From NCBI GenBank assembly GCA_965645245.1, contig OZ287068.1, forward strand, positions 1,426,001 through 1,490,000: DNA of 64,000 nucleotides, given 5' to 3'. This document shows, in pieces, positions 62,350-64,000 of this stretch (position 1 is its first letter; each line of letters opens with the position of its first letter). A program made the translations under genes and the position numbers. This DNA comes from Massalongia carnosa (taxonomy: Eukaryota). The notes below the pieces were generated by a model. That model searched no databases, was not told where the DNA came from, and was given only the letters and a program-made list of their open reading frames with translations.

Positions 62350-64000
62350 ATGTCTAGTTTATCTTTCAGTAAGGAGAATCGAATTCTTGAAGCTATTGAC
62401 GCGTGGGACACGGGTGATTTTCGAAGTGTGCGCGCGGTAGCTTTGGAGTACGACGTGGACATTCGTACTCTACAGAGAAGACTTAATGGAGGTGGTTCGA
62501 AAATCGGTCGTTCTGCCCCCAACAAAGCTTTGTCTGATGAACAAGAATTAGCTCTTTGTGAATATATTAAAATGCTCGATCAAGCCGAACAATCTGCCAG
62601 ACTTCCAATGATTCGGGCGGCAGCAAATTATCTACTTCAAGAGGCTCATTCAGACGTTTTCACTCCTTCTCCTCACGTCAGCAATGCCTGGACCAAACGT
62701 TTTCTGACTCGACATCCTCAATTCTTCAAACGCAAACAAAAACCACTAGCCGTCGAGCGAAAACATGCGCACAACGTCGATGATATATTGGAATATTTCG
62801 AGACATATCGGGCTGCTCGCGAGGCTCTTGGAGTAGCGGATGAGGATATTTGGAACATGGACGAGACAGGCTTTCGAATTGGCTGTGGGCGAGCTCATTG
62901 GGTTGTTTCAACTCATTCTAGAAAGTCTTTGCTGTTGACGGACTCGGACAATAGAGAATATATCACCTCGTGTGAATGTATTAGTGCAGGGGGGCGTGAT
63001 ATCCCCCCCATGATCATAATCGCTGGTGCATGGGTGCTGGAGAAATGGGCCTAACACAATGACTTGGATGATGATATTCACCTGACCACCAGTCCTACCG
63101 GCTATTCCAATGATGATTTAGCTCTCGATTGGTTGAAAATTTTCGACATACATAGTCGAAAGGGGCTGGTAGGTGCATGGCGCATGCTCATCATGGATGG
63201 ATATGGATCTCATATGACATTCGAGTTTTTTACCTATGCCAAACGAAACAAAATCGAATTGTTTCGTCTTCCACCTCATTCCACACATCTCACTCAGCCA
63301 TTGGATGTAGGATGTTTTCAGCCTTTCAAACATTATCATTCCGAAGCCATTGATCAACTGATGCCGGGTGGAGGGTCTGATTTCGATAAACTCGACTTTC
63401 TGTCGATTTTTCAGAACATGCGAAATCAAACATTCACGTCAACTACCATACTAGCTTCATTCAGAAACACGGGTCTGGTGCCTTATAATCCAGAAGTGGT
63501 ACTCCGCAAAGTGGAGGCTATTCAGACCCGTAGGCCTGCTACCCCGCCCCCACTTCCATCAGCTCCATTGCTCGCCAGAACACCTTCCACATCCAAAGAA
63601 GTTGTTTAATATGAAAATAAGCTTCCGGAAAGCCTGAAGAAGTACATTGTTTTGAATGCCGAGTGGGACTGTCCTGTGGAACGATTTGTGAAAGGCTCCA
63701 TCTCCAGTGCTCATGCACGTCAGATTTCAGAGCGAGACCTTCGGGCCAATCAGATGCTGTCCATCGCGAAGACAGCACGACGAAAACTTGATGGAAAGGT
63801 GACCCAGAAGGGAGGAGTCATAACCGTTCGAGATGTACGGGCGAAGGTTACAAAATGCACTCAGAATGAGGTGGAAAAGACCAAGCAGGCCCATGAACGT
63901 GCCGTACTAGCTGCTGAAAAGAAGCAATTAGCCCTGGATCGAAAGTATAGAGCAATCGCTCGATCTATGTCCAGGCAAGCAAAGCTGTTTTACCAGCGTC
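62350..64000 (+). pseudogene. DDE_1 transposase of a third pogo element C; two in-frame TAA; runs off the window
   Basis: WNMDETG / LIMDGYGSH / TQPLDVGCF in one frame; TAA at 63052-63054 and 63607-63609; the frame continues (RFVKGS...KGGVITV) to the window end. Confidence 0.9.

Overview
Gene-dense eukaryotic window from a filamentous ascomycete (Pezizomycotina), judged from short GT-AG introns with CTRAY branch points and recognisable fungal orthologues. The genus cannot be determined from the sequence. It holds about 24 mostly spliced host genes: an RlpA-like fragment, LtrA-like, ARD1, LST8, CEX1/SCY1, eIF2B-beta, NEM1, GRX5, BCAA aminotransferase, ECT1, UPS2, DOT5, complex I 21.3 kDa subunit, a RING protein, SepH/Cdc15, FOL3 and several hypothetical proteins. 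There are two transposon loci. (1) An intact piggyBac (16863-19029) has non-TTAA, asymmetric flanks, and a 140-bp TA-flanked MITE abuts its left end. (2) A nest of three Fot1/pogo DDE_1 elements spans 58.0-64.0 kb: B lies inside A, and A probably lies inside the left end of C. A's left TIR is expanded into a 17-bp tandem array. The most unusual non-TE region is 8.7-12.3 kb. It contains a strongly ATG-depleted, apparently spliced leader carrying a ~1-kb degenerate 15-bp array, followed by an unrecognised protein with a duplicated YAFG motif that shows signs of purifying selection. No rRNA, tRNA or CRISPR was recognised. Gene calls rest on motif recognition by eye; no database searches were run.
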